Positions 29,567 to 39,584 are shown, counted from the whole stretch's first letter. The stretch: DNA of 60,294 bases, filler included, from an uncultured virus (IMG/VR IMGVR_UViG_2049941000_000903) (14 parts of one record of this genome joined end to end with filler, not necessarily neighbours in it); one strand, 5' to 3'. Numbers and translations: made by a program. Notes: a model not told the origin generated them from the letters alone.

Positions 29567-30190
29567 TTAATCAAGCCCTATGTGCCCCACGACAATAGCC
29601 ACGTTGAGAATGTCGGATTTGGGGATGGTATAGTCGGGGTATTCGTCGCGGTTCTCCGACCGACAAATGACGGAGTTGTCATCATCGGGGCAAGGCAGAA
29701 GTTTCTTGACAACGCATCCTTGGGTGGTGCTCAAGACATAGACGCGCCCCCATTGGAAGAACGAAGGGTCTTGGACTACGCGGATGGCAAGTATCTCACC
29801 GTTCCGGAATCTCGGCGACATACTATCACCGTCCACTCGGATGGCTAACTCCGCACCCTTGTCAATGAAGTCCGGCACATAGCAAACCTCTTGAGTGTTG
29901 AGAAAACTTGATGGAATATTCTCCGCGAGTGCGCCCGCTACCGCCGAGAACGGAAGAAGAGGTAATCCCGATACCCCGCCCTTGAACATCGGGCCTTCGC
30001 CCGTGACGAGATAATCAAGCGAAAGTTGTGGTATTTTTTCCACAACCCGAAGCATCGTCTTGGCGGTCATCCCGTCCGTGATTTTCATAAGGGTATTGTA
30101 GGACATACCCATATCACGCTCCAAGTGGCGAAGGTTCTTGAATCCGGCGGCTACGGCCACCTTTTCCAAACGTGTATGCAAATTTTCCAT
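29567..30190 (-). CDS. cI: CI-like repressor (HTH plus S24 peptidase)
   Basis: YLVTGEGPM, VDGDSMSP and VVKKL motifs. Confidence 0.88.
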   Translation of the reverse strand: MENLHTRLEKVAVAAGFKNLRHLERDMGMSYNTLMKITDGMTAKTMLRVVEKIPQLSLDYLVTGEGPMFKGGVSGLPLLPFSAVAGALAENIPSSFLNTQEVCYVPDFIDKGAELAIRVDGDSMSPRFRNGEILAIRVVQDPSFFQWGRVYVLSTTQGCVVKKLLPCPDDDNSVICRSENRDEYPDYTIPKSDILNVAIVVGHIGLD

Positions 30191-30454
30191 AATGTAACAA
30201 AAAAGTTATTTACAATGAGTATCAATTAGTTACGGCTCATCGTGCTTTTTTGTGTGGAAATTTGTCCACGATTCGTTTGGAAATATGGATTTTTGTCCAT
30301 ACCTTTGTGACAGATACAAACGGAATCGGGGGCTTATCCCTACCGAAAAAGCACATTTGACAATCGTTGGCGCGATGTTTTGTGTTCCAAAGATAGTGAT
30401 AATGCCCCACAATTCCAATTTGTACCTACAACTTTTACAACTTTTATAATAATA

Positions 30455-30701
30455 AGTTGCGGAACGGCCCGATAGTTCCCGAATCGGCACGCCCGATTAT
30501 TAAAATGGTTATTGGCCGCAAGGTGCATAGTCCAAGGCGTGTAGGCAGACCACTACTGCTTCCAAGATGAGCATACCTCCGACGGGGCGAATCCAGGTGC
30601 AAGGCACTGAGATGGAGACCACACGGAAAATGGCGGTGCGATGGGCGTGATGCCGTCGCATTGACCTCGTGCTTGGAAAGACAAAAAAAGGCGTTCTAAC
30701 T
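30455..30701 (+). ncRNA. Putative multi-stem non-coding RNA
   Basis: Nested stems 30560-30571/30666-30678 and 30634-30644/30653-30663, plus an end-closing stem. Confidence 0.55.
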
Positions 30702-30866
30702 CCACCACGACAACCATCCTTCATAGTAAGAGTTTCATATTCGATTAGTTCTTTTGTTGTATTGTCGTGCCGTGTCCCAAGTGCGGAACAGAAGCGAGGA
30801 GGGGAACGTTAGTTAGTTTCAAACATTACGCGATTCAATGGTAGTCCAGCAGCGATGTTCGGCGCA

Positions 30867-30985
30867 AGCCTTCGCGGTGTGATTGGTCACAACGTCGGGC
30901 GGTAGCGGAGATAGGTTGCAAGCATTTCTCCACACATTCTGATAGACCGTGCTGAAGATGGGGATTCGACTTCCCCCGAAGGCTC
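30867..30985 (+). ncRNA. tRNA-like element with an extended anticodon arm
   Basis: AGCCTTCG/CGAAGGCT acceptor, TGTGA-TTGG-TCACA D arm, GGGGA-TTCGACT-TCCCC T arm. Confidence 0.6.
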
Positions 30986-31131
30986 AACTTGCTTTCCGTG
31001 GCGTTCTGCCACACCTTTGTTTTGCACGGTGCATCTATAAGCACCAGACTTTACTCATATTATTGATTGCTTCTCTCCTCCCTCGCAGTGATGCGCGGGA
31101 GGTTTCTTTGTCAACACTTAAAGTACAAGAT

Positions 31132-31359
31132 ATGGTTAATTACGATTTAGCGAAAGACAAGAAGTGGCGGGAGTTCATAGAGGGCATCCGCTACGGCGAG
31201 GTCGCCCAGTTCACCGTGAACTCCACGGGCGAGATTGATAACCTCCGCACGGTTGCAGGGCGCATCAACACCTCCAACGGACTTGACTATGTTTACTCGG
31301 TGGAGGCCAACAAGGAAACACTCCGAGTTCAAGTTTACACCAAGCCAAGGCTTAACTAA
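31132..31359 (+). CDS. Hypothetical protein (first gene of the rightward operon)
   Basis: 75 aa; TAATG overlap with the next gene. Confidence 0.6.
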   Translation: MVNYDLAKDKKWREFIEGIRYGEVAQFTVNSTGEIDNLRTVAGRINTSNGLDYVYSVEANKETLRVQVYTKPRLN

Positions 31360-32084
31360 TGGAAATCAAGGGAAAGGTTCACTGCCTCTTCGAGCAGTCT
31401 GGAACGTTCAAGAAGGAGTTTGAGAAGTTGGGAATCCCCGCAGAGGACTACGACATCTTCAATCACTTCAACGAGACCGACCACGTTATCGACCTCTTTG
31501 CCGAGATAGAGAAGGCGTACCAGGGGGGGGCGTCCGTGTTCGACAATATGACTCCAGACGACCTTGTGATGGCGTTCTTTCCTTGCACTTGGTTTGAAAC
31601 GCAACAAGGGATGTTCTTCGCCCTCAATCATTGGTCATTCCGCGATTGGCCGCTACGCCGCCGCGTGGAATATGTCGAAGAAAGGCTTGACCAACGCACC
31701 CACGTTCACAAGTTGTTATACCACTTGCTTGTAGTGGTGGAGGACAAGGGTATCAGACTTATCCTTGAGAACCCTTCGGCGGGCCACAGTTACATAGTGG
31801 CGGGGCAGAACTTCATACCGCCTACAATCATTGACACCGACCGAACGTTGCACGGCGACACATACAAGAAGCCGACAGCTTATTGGTTCGTGAACTGCAA
31901 GCCCGAAGGTGCGCTTACCGTCAACCGCAACTATGATACGAAAGCAATCATAAGCCAAAGGACGGGACGCTCCAAGGGCGAGGGTAGTATAGACCGAAGC
32001 CGAATCGAACCGGCATACGCACAATGGTTCATCAAGGAGATAATCCTCGGAATAACTGACACAAATGAAAACTCACTCTTTTGA
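31359..32084 (+). CDS. C5-cytosine methyltransferase-like protein
   Basis: CLFEQSG, FFPCT, LENP and KKPT motifs. Confidence 0.7.
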   Translation: MEIKGKVHCLFEQSGTFKKEFEKLGIPAEDYDIFNHFNETDHVIDLFAEIEKAYQGGASVFDNMTPDDLVMAFFPCTWFETQQGMFFALNHWSFRDWPLRRRVEYVEERLDQRTHVHKLLYHLLVVVEDKGIRLILENPSAGHSYIVAGQNFIPPTIIDTDRTLHGDTYKKPTAYWFVNCKPEGALTVNRNYDTKAIISQRTGRSKGEGSIDRSRIEPAYAQWFIKEIILGITDTNENSLF

Positions 32085-32343
32085 TTCAGTACGCGACCTC
32101 ATAAAAGAGATGGATTGCGACGAGGCACTCTTCCTCTCACCCGACTGCTACGACAAGGCAATCATAGGCATAAGCCACGATGACCGCATCATCTACTCCT
32201 ATGACAAACTCGTGGAGGTGGTAATGGAAAATGCCGGAAGCACATTCATAGACGCGCGGGCCTGGGTGGACTACAACATCCTTGAGAGCCTTCCGTCAAT
32301 GGGCGAATATTCCCCTATCGTACTCTTTGAACTTGACATCTGA
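32065..32343 (+). CDS. Hypothetical protein
   Basis: DKAIIG, YSYDK and WVDYN motifs. Confidence 0.6.
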   Translation: MKTHSFDSVRDLIKEMDCDEALFLSPDCYDKAIIGISHDDRIIYSYDKLVEVVMENAGSTFIDARAWVDYNILESLPSMGEYSPIVLFELDI

Positions 32344-32344
32344 T

Positions 32345-32569
32345 ATGGACAAGATAGACACACTCATAGACATCGGAAACGCAATACTCCGTGCGCTTAA
32401 CGAAATGAAGGAACGCGATGAGATACCGATGACAAGGCAGCAAGCCGCCGTCTATCTTGGCGTTTCCCTCACTACAATAGACAACTATCGGAAGCAAGGG
32501 CGCATCCGGCAAGTCGTAAAGGACGGCATTGTCGGATACCTCCCCTCCGACCTTAAACAAGCAAGATGA
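32345..32569 (+). CDS. Excisionase-like HTH protein
   Basis: TRQQAAVYLGVSLTTIDNYRKQG. Confidence 0.75.
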   Translation: MDKIDTLIDIGNAILRALNEMKERDEIPMTRQQAAVYLGVSLTTIDNYRKQGRIRQVVKDGIVGYLPSDLKQAR

Positions 32570-32724
32570 TGAAAGCATTAGGCTACACCTTCGCGGTTCT
32601 TGGCGCAATAGCCTTCGTTTCTCTTTTTTTCGGTTACTCGCATCAAATACTATCGGTTGCGATTTGCGGTCTTATGGCCCACGCACTCCTCACGGTAGAC
32701 GATACGAAAGAGACGCGAAGGTAG
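32566..32724 (+). CDS. 52-aa membrane peptide, absent from the ORF track
   Basis: Manual translation MMKALGYTFAVLGAIAFVSLFFG...; ATGA overlap. Confidence 0.55.
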   Translation: MMKALGYTFAVLGAIAFVSLFFGYSHQILSVAICGLMAHALLTVDDTKETRR

Positions 32725-32731
32725 GTCTCTT

Positions 32732-32901
32732 GTGATGGCAGGTGCTTGTCGGTACTCGTGAAGCAAATAGGTGGGAGTCTCGCGCGTAACGGTGCGCCCT
32801 TAGTCTTTTTGCCGTTACGTTGAGGAAAGGTGGGAGACCCGAAAGACATAACATCAAACTCCCGCAAGACTGACTTTCACCCTTTCAAAGCAAAGGGTTT
32901 T
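32732..32901 (+). ncRNA. Structured RNA, allele 1, with 3' hairpin
   Basis: Compensatory changes relative to 34522-34694. Confidence 0.75.
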
Positions 32902-32906
32902 CCATT

Positions 32907-33767
32907 ATGAAATACGGCCTTAACTACCAGGGGAGCAAGAACCCAATCGTCGAAGAGATGTGTGACTTGTTCCCCAAGAAAACGAATTTCTACGACCTCT
33001 TTATGGGCGGCGGTGCGGTGACGCACCGGATGCTCCAACTCGGCACTTTCGAGAGGTACTTCGCATCGGATATAAACAAGATGCCCGTCAACCTCTTCGC
33101 TAACTGTTTCTACGGTGACATCCCCTCCCCCAAGTGGGTGGAACGAGATGACTTCGAGGCTCTCAAGTCAAGCAATCCCTATGTAGCGTGTTGCTACTCG
33201 TTCGGTGGCGATTGGAGCTCCTACCTCTACTCAAAAGAGAAAGAGCCAATACAACGGGCACTACACCTCGCGGTCGTGGACGATGACTTTACGGAGACAA
33301 ACAAACTTGGTATTGACATAGAATACCTCACCGCTTTCAACTCTTGGCGGTCACGCCGTTTGATGTTGCTCTCTGAAGGCTATCGGCTCATCGAACTTGA
33401 AAGGATGGAGCAACTCATAGCAATATCCAAACTCAAGCATCCCAAGAGCATCCTCTTCGTGGATTGGCCCTACGACAAGTGGGAAATCCGGCCCGACTCC
33501 GTGGTCTATTGCGACCCTCCGTACAAGGACACGAAAGGCTATGTGGCAAAGGGATTTGACCACGAGAAGTTCTACGATTGGTGCAGATGCCAACGGGAAT
33601 TGACCTTCATATCCGAGTACACGATGCCCGACGATTTCATTTGCATCCGTGAGTTCACGCGACTTGAAGCGAAGTCGGCATACAAGGCATCGAATGTCGT
33701 GGAAAGGTTGTTCATCCCGCGACACCAAGAAGAAATGTATCACACTAACAAAACAACACTATTCTAA
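32907..33767 (+). CDS. Dam-like (D12 class) N6-adenine methyltransferase
   Basis: YQGSK, DLFMGGG, YCDPPY and ISEY motifs. Confidence 0.88.
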   Translation: MKYGLNYQGSKNPIVEEMCDLFPKKTNFYDLFMGGGAVTHRMLQLGTFERYFASDINKMPVNLFANCFYGDIPSPKWVERDDFEALKSSNPYVACCYSFGGDWSSYLYSKEKEPIQRALHLAVVDDDFTETNKLGIDIEYLTAFNSWRSRRLMLLSEGYRLIELERMEQLIAISKLKHPKSILFVDWPYDKWEIRPDSVVYCDPPYKDTKGYVAKGFDHEKFYDWCRCQRELTFISEYTMPDDFICIREFTRLEAKSAYKASNVVERLFIPRHQEEMYHTNKTTLF

Positions 33768-35055
33768 ATGAAAGTCACTTGTAACAAAAAAGACCTTCTC
33801 GCCGCTATCAATGCCGCGTTCAAGGCCGTCCCGTCGAAGGCAAGCATCCCTATTATGGAGTGTTTCAAACTTGAGGCCACCGACGAGAAACTCGAAATCA
33901 CCGCTACGGATGGAATGATGACCATCATATCCATCGCGGAAGCAAAGGGCGAAGGTGCCGCTTGTCTTGGTGCTAAACTCCTCCTTGATGCTATCCGCGC
34001 CCTCCCCGACACCGACATTGAGTTGTCCACCGACGAAGCATCTTGCAAGGTGGATTACGGAACGGGTATGTTCTCTCTCCCCTGCTATCCCACCGAGGAC
34101 TTCCCTACCATCACGGTGGATATGTCCAAGGCGATGAACGTTGCCGTGTCCGAGAAGATTAAGACGGGTCTATCGTTTACTCTTCCGGCGGTTGCGAAAG
34201 ACCCGATGCGTCCGGCACTCAACGGCGTGTTCTTCAATCCTACCGACAACGGTTTCGACCTCGTTGCCACCGATGCCCACGGCCTTGCACTCAAGACCAT
34301 CGCTTGCGACCGAGTGCCTACCGAGGGATTCATCATCCCCACCTCCGCCGCGACCTTCATCCGCGACAACGTGTCCGTTGACGATACCGTGATGTTTTGT
34401 GCCGATGACACCAAGGCGGAGTTCTGGTTCGGCCACATCATCCTCATCGTCACGAAGATTGTGGGAACGTTCCCCAAGTACCAAAGCATCATCCCCGCCA
34501 ATAACCAANNNNNNNNNNTAAGTGATGGCAGGAACTTGTCGGTTCTCGTGAACTAATTAGGTGATGGTCTCGTGCGTGACGATGCGCCCAGGAGTCTTTT
34601 TCATCGGCACGTTGGGGAAAGTCGGGGGCCGTAAAGACATAACGACAAACCATCGCAAGACTGACTCTCGCACTCTCAAAGCAGAGTGCTTTTTACGAAA
34701 TCTAACAACAACAGCGATATGAAATTCACTACCCAAACAAAAGACTTTCTCAAGGTCATCAACACGGCAATCAAAGCCGTTCCCGCAAANNNNNNNNNNA
34801 CAGACCATCGGCGAGACGAGCATCGAGGCACAAGATGTCGGTTTCGGTTGTGCCGCCCGTGAGGATATGGAGTTCGTATCCTACAACGGCGAGAGTATGA
34901 ACATCGGATTCAAGCACGAGTTGCTTTGCGACTTGCTTGCCGCGATGGGCGCGGATGAAGTGACCGTGAGTTTCGGGAACAACCGTCAGGCGGCACTCAT
35001 CACTTGCTCCGATGAAACGTGCAAGAGTTTGATAATGCCCGTAGCAATTCAGTAG
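33768..35055 (+). CDS. dnaN: DNA polymerase III beta sliding clamp (gapped; variant start at 34719)
   Basis: ITATDG, EDFP, RPALNGV, VATDAH, FPKYQSIIP and LIMPV motifs. Confidence 0.88.
34522..34694 (+). ncRNA. Structured RNA, allele 2
   Basis: Homologous to 32732-32901 with covarying stems. Confidence 0.75.
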
Positions 35056-35061
35056 CACACT

Positions 35062-35655
35062 ATGAAAGAGTTACTTACAATCCAACAAAAGTTGAACGCG
35101 CCGAAGAACCAATACAACAAGTTCGGCAACTACTACTATCGTTCTTGCGAGGACATCTTGATGGCGGTCAAGCCGCTACTTGTTGAGACGGGATGCACCC
35201 TCACTTGCAACGACGAGATAATCCTCCTCGCGGATAGGTTCTATGTCAAGGCCACCTTCACCCTCACGAACAAAGAGGGGAAGTCCATAAGCGCATCGGC
35301 ACTCGCAAGAGAGCAAGAGAAAGTGACGGGCCAAATCGAAGCCCAAATCACCGGCGCGGCCTCCTCTTATGCGAGAAAGTACGCCCTCAATGCCCTTTTC
35401 TGCATTGATGACAACAAAGACCCCGATGCGACCAACACGCACGGCAAGGAAACGCCCAAAACAAGCCCTACAAAGGACACAAAGCCCAAAGCCGAGGAAT
35501 CTACCGAAGATGTGCTTAATGCCGCCTTAAAAGCCGTAGAAAAGGCTACGACAAGGGCAGAACTTGAAGGTATCTACAAGACCTACAAGAGCACCATCGG
35601 CAAGGATGCGACCTTCGTAAAGGCTCTTAATGACAAAGCGAAAGATGTTAAGTGA
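35062..35655 (+). CDS. ERF-family single-strand annealing protein
   Basis: NKFGNYYYRSCEDI and GAASSYARKYAL motifs. Confidence 0.88.
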   Translation: MKELLTIQQKLNAPKNQYNKFGNYYYRSCEDILMAVKPLLVETGCTLTCNDEIILLADRFYVKATFTLTNKEGKSISASALAREQEKVTGQIEAQITGAASSYARKYALNALFCIDDNKDPDATNTHGKETPKTSPTKDTKPKAEESTEDVLNAALKAVEKATTRAELEGIYKTYKSTIGKDATFVKALNDKAKDVK

Positions 35656-35950
35656 AAAGAAAATCAAAGGGCTGTCGCCCGATGAGTTCATCCAAACCCT
35701 GCACACCGTCTGCAAGTGGTTGGAAGTATTCGCAGAGGCTGGGGAGGACATCTACGGTGAGGACTATACGGTAGTCCTTGCTTTCGTGGGACTCCCCCTC
35801 CCCTCCCTTGTGGATGCGATGGAAGCCGTGGCGATGCGAGGTGACGAGATGGTGGCAAGGATGAAAGCGGAGAAAGTTAACAAGAACCACCCAGGCCTAC
35901 TCAAAGGTTTCGGGATAAAATTGGAAGGCGATGACAACATCAAATCCTAA
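35645..35950 (+). CDS. Hypothetical protein
   Basis: Overlapping ORF within the operon. Confidence 0.45.
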   Translation: MLSEKKIKGLSPDEFIQTLHTVCKWLEVFAEAGEDIYGEDYTVVLAFVGLPLPSLVDAMEAVAMRGDEMVARMKAEKVNKNHPGLLKGFGIKLEGDDNIKS

Positions 35951-36331
35951 ACTCAACAAAGTGACAAGGGTGGAGTTCTACCCGTTCACCCATCAGTACA
36001 TCTTGGATGGGGAGAAGGCACTTATAGGCGTGACGTGCCTGATGCGAAACCAAGGTCTGTCACCCGACTACTCCTTCATTGACCAAGATGTCCTTGACCA
36101 CGCCGCCGACCTCGGAACACAGGCACACGAGGCAATCGAAGCCTACTGCAACGGCGAAGCAACGCAGGACATACCTCTTATCAAGTCCTTCCGCAAGTTA
36201 GGTCTTGACATCATCGCAACGGAGTACCTCGTCACCGACTATGAGGTCGTGGCATCGTCCATTGACTTGGTGGCGAAGGTGGATGACAACACCGTGGACT
36301 TGATAGATATGAAGCGCACCTCCACCGTCCA
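35931..36331 (+). CDS. PD-(D/E)XK exonuclease, partial
   Basis: GTQAHEAIE, E...IDL...DMK motifs. Confidence 0.75.
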
Positions 36332-36664
36332 NNNNNNNNNNGCACGAAGCGATAGAGGCATATTGCAACGGCGAGACTACGCCCGACATCCCGCTTATCA
36401 AGTCCTTCAAGAAACTCGGTCTTGACATCATAGCAACGGAGTACCTCGTCACCGACTATGAGGTCGTGGCATCGTCCATTGANNNNNNNNNNNNNNNNNN
36501 NNNNNNNNNNNNNNNNNNNNNNNNNNTTAATTAATTAANNNNNNNNNNNNNNNNNNNNNNNNNNNNNNNNNNNNNNNNNNNNGTCCATTGAGAACTTCAT
36601 CAAGTTCTCGGAGTCTGTGAAGGACGCGCAACGCGAGACGCAACTGACATTATTCTGACTATCC

Positions 36665-36736
36665 GAGGGGTGGAGTCCGTGATGCATCCGGCGAAATGGA
36701 AAATTTAAGGTGCGGGTTCGAGTCCCGCCTCCCCTC
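36665..36736 (+). ncRNA. Degenerate tRNA-like element
   Basis: GCGGG-TTCGAGT-CCCGC T arm; GAGGGG/CCCCTC acceptor; 72 nt; no clear D or anticodon arm. Confidence 0.45.
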
Positions 36737-36760
36737 CTACATCTTTTAACACTTATCATT

Positions 36761-37021
36761 ATGTCACGCAAAGGACTCAACTACTGTGAGGTTTACGATT
36801 ACCTCAAGACACACACCGCAGAGGAAACGGCGGTCAAGTTCAACTCCACGGCAAAGTTCGTCACCACCGTACAACGCATCGGTGATGCACTCATATCAAG
36901 GGTGCAAGAGGACAAGCCACTATCAAACTACTCCCCACGCGACCTTATGATGGAACTCGCCAATCGTGGCTATCGTGGGAAGCTGACCTACCAGCAAGTA
37001 ATAGACATCAATAACTTTTAG
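36761..37021 (+). CDS. Hypothetical protein
   Basis: SPRDLMMELANRGYRGKL motif. Confidence 0.6.
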   Translation: MSRKGLNYCEVYDYLKTHTAEETAVKFNSTAKFVTTVQRIGDALISRVQEDKPLSNYSPRDLMMELANRGYRGKLTYQQVIDINNF

Positions 37022-37025
37022 AACT

Positions 37026-37205
37026 ATGGCAACCAAGAAAACAACAAAGAAGGCCGAGGCAATCTTCCTCGCCAAGTGGAACACAAGAACCAACGGCAAA
37101 GTGGAGCAAGTAGCCGTCAAGGTCAAGAAAGTCGGTAACAAGTATGTAGCCGTGGACGGTAAGACCGAAGTCCCCGCCTGGGCCGAAATCATCACGCTGT
37201 CGTGA
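37026..37205 (+). CDS. 59-aa basic protein, absent from the ORF track
   Basis: Manual translation MATKKTTKK... Confidence 0.55.
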   Translation: MATKKTTKKAEAIFLAKWNTRTNGKVEQVAVKVKKVGNKYVAVDGKTEVPAWAEIITLS

Positions 37206-37603
37206 CACAGTTCGAGCAACTAATCATCTACGGCCTCGCATCTATCCAAGCGGAACAAAGCGGCTATGCGGTCGCGGAAGTCTTGCAACAATGGATGGAC
37301 GGCGCGAAGGCTCTATGGCCCGCCACCGCAAAGACACGCAACGGTGGTGATGCCGATGTGGAAGAGATATACCAAGCCTACCCTACCACCGACCCCAATA
37401 ACGGAGGTCGGCCTACGGGCAAAGGGCAAAAGGACAAGGCGACCATCAAACGCATCCTTGCCAATGGCGAGTACACCAAAGACCAACTCTTGCACATCAT
37501 AAAGAGAGAGGTTAAAAGCCGTGAGGAGTCGGGGGCATACCTCCGAAACTTCAGCACATTCCTTAACAATCTACCAGACCCTGACGAAGGAGGCTTGTTC
37601 TAA
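37202..37603 (+). CDS. Replication-associated helical protein
   Basis: YQAYP...K...STFLN motif; coupled to the primase. Confidence 0.5.
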   Translation: MTQFEQLIIYGLASIQAEQSGYAVAEVLQQWMDGAKALWPATAKTRNGGDADVEEIYQAYPTTDPNNGGRPTGKGQKDKATIKRILANGEYTKDQLLHIIKREVKSREESGAYLRNFSTFLNNLPDPDEGGLF

Positions 37604-38443
37604 TGACCGAGGAACAAAGACAACAGATACACGCTTGGTGGCAAGTATTCCAACACGGCGGCGAACTCACCGAGATACGCATCGTAGGCAAGTACACGGA
37701 TAGCGGATACTACAAGGACATAAACAACCTTATCCGCGATGTGGAAGCCAACGAACATAAGGGCGCGGTGTACTTCACCATCAACCCACCGAAGGAGGCT
37801 TGCTACGGACGAAAGCAACAAGAGCAAATGCCAACGGGAGGTGGCAAGATGGCTACCACCCAAGATGCGGATGTAGCATCACGGCGGTTCGTCCTACTCG
37901 ACCTTGACTGCGTGACGGGCGTGTCTGATGTCAACTCCACCGATGAGGAGAAAGCCTACGCACTCGCCAAATGCCGTGACATATTCCGATACCTCCGCAA
38001 AGAGGGATTCAATGACGGCATAGTCAANNNNNNNNNNTGTCTGATGTCAACTCCACCGAAGAGGAGAAAACCTACGCACTTGCCAAATGCCGCGACATAT
38101 TCCGATACCTCCGCAAAGAGGGATTCAATGACGGCATAGTCAATGACAGTGCCAACGGCTATCACATCTTCTTGCCGTGCGAACTTGAGAACACCGAGGA
38201 GAACACCAAACTCGTAAAGCGGTTCATATCGGCAATCGCTATGCAGTTCTCCGACGAGCACGTCAAGGTGGATACATCGGTGTTCAACGCAAGCCGTATC
38301 GCAAAACTCCCCGGCACCTTCTCCGCAAAAGGAAGCGTGGAAAGCGAGGACAGGCCGCGAAGGATGTGCAAGATACTATCCGTTCCCGTAGCCGTGGTAG
38401 CAACGCCAAGGCAATACTTCGAGAGGATAGCGAACTTGTACCC
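37603..38443 (+). CDS. Primase-polymerase (AEP-like), partial
   Basis: LLDLD, SANGYH and RIAKLPGT motifs. Confidence 0.75.
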
Positions 38444-38453
38444 NNNNNNNNNN

Positions 38454-38801
38454 CTTTGACATCAACTCCTGGATGGCATGGGCAGAGAAAGAAGGTGTTG
38501 ATGGACGATGCATCAACTTCGTTGCTTCGTACTACAATGAGTTGTTCAATGAGGATGACGAGGGTAACAGTATCTGTAATCCCCGAAGCTTCGTCATGTT
38601 CTCAAACATGATTTCCGGCGTGAAGGATTGGGATTCTGCTGACAGCCTGTCCTTTATCACCATGATTTCCAAGGGCTGCTTTAAGGATGACGGTGACCGC
38701 TTCTCCAAGATGTTCAACATGTTCATTAGGAACAAGATGCATCTCCTTCCTCAGCCGAAGAACATGCTTCTTGATGACTGGACAAAGGAAAGGCCTGTTC
38801 T
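38454..38801 (+). CDS. MoxR-like AAA ATPase, C-terminal fragment
   Basis: WMAWA...NPRS motif; adjacent to a VWA gene. Confidence 0.6.
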
Positions 38802-38811
38802 NNNNNNNNNN

Positions 38812-39584
38812 CCTGTTTGACAATACTGGAATATCCCATAAGGAGCGTCACATCCGTAATTGTGCAGAAGACCTTGAGGTGAACAGTTATCTTGACAGGA
38901 GCAAGATACAGAAAGAGGCGGGCGGGGTATTCGCTGAGGATTTGGGGCTCGAGAAACGTCTCGGAACCCGTGAGTATTATAAGATACTCATCAGTAATGA
39001 CCAGCAGCAACAGCAGCAGGCACAACAGCCTCAACAGGCGTGTAACGGTGGTCAAGGAGGAAGCTTAGGAAGTTCTGGTGATTCTGGAGATAACCAGCAG
39101 CAGGATCAGAACCAACAGCAAAACCAGAATCAGAATCCACCCCAGAANNNNNNNNNNCACAATCGGTGTCGCCAAGTATGGAAACGTGTTCCGGCTTATA
39201 TACAATCCCAAGTTCCTGGAACCCCTTAATGTTGATACTATNNNNNNNNNNTGTGGAGCAGATGCTGGTGTTTGCTGCGGAAGAGGTAGAGAAGGCACAG
39301 GGCACTATTCCCGGAGAGCTTGTAGGCAAGATAGAGCAGATACGTAAGAAACCCAAACCGGTTACTGATTGGAAGCGTCATTTCCGCAGGTATATGGGCA
39401 ATGAGTTCACAGAGTTCCTGCGCAAATCCAAGAAGCGTCCTAGCCGTCGTTTTGAAGATGCCGCCGGTAACAAGCACCGTAGGAAATCCAGGATTCTCGT
39501 AGCCATAGATACGTCAGGTTCTGTGTCTATGCCGGAGTATCTTGAGTTCTTCGGTCAGATAGCTACCCTGTCCCAGACAGCAGA
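38812..39584 (+). CDS. Metallopeptidase-like/VWA protein (DUF2201 type), scrambled fragments
   Basis: NCAEDLEVN, Gln-rich linker, DWK, RPSRR and AIDTSGS motifs. Confidence 0.7.

Noticed and set aside
30867..30985. tRNA-Sec call from the 8/5 stem geometry
   Set aside because: No TCA anticodon loop and no proper long variable stem
38998..39147. CAG-rich repeat
   Set aside because: Gln-rich linker usual in DUF2201/VWA proteins
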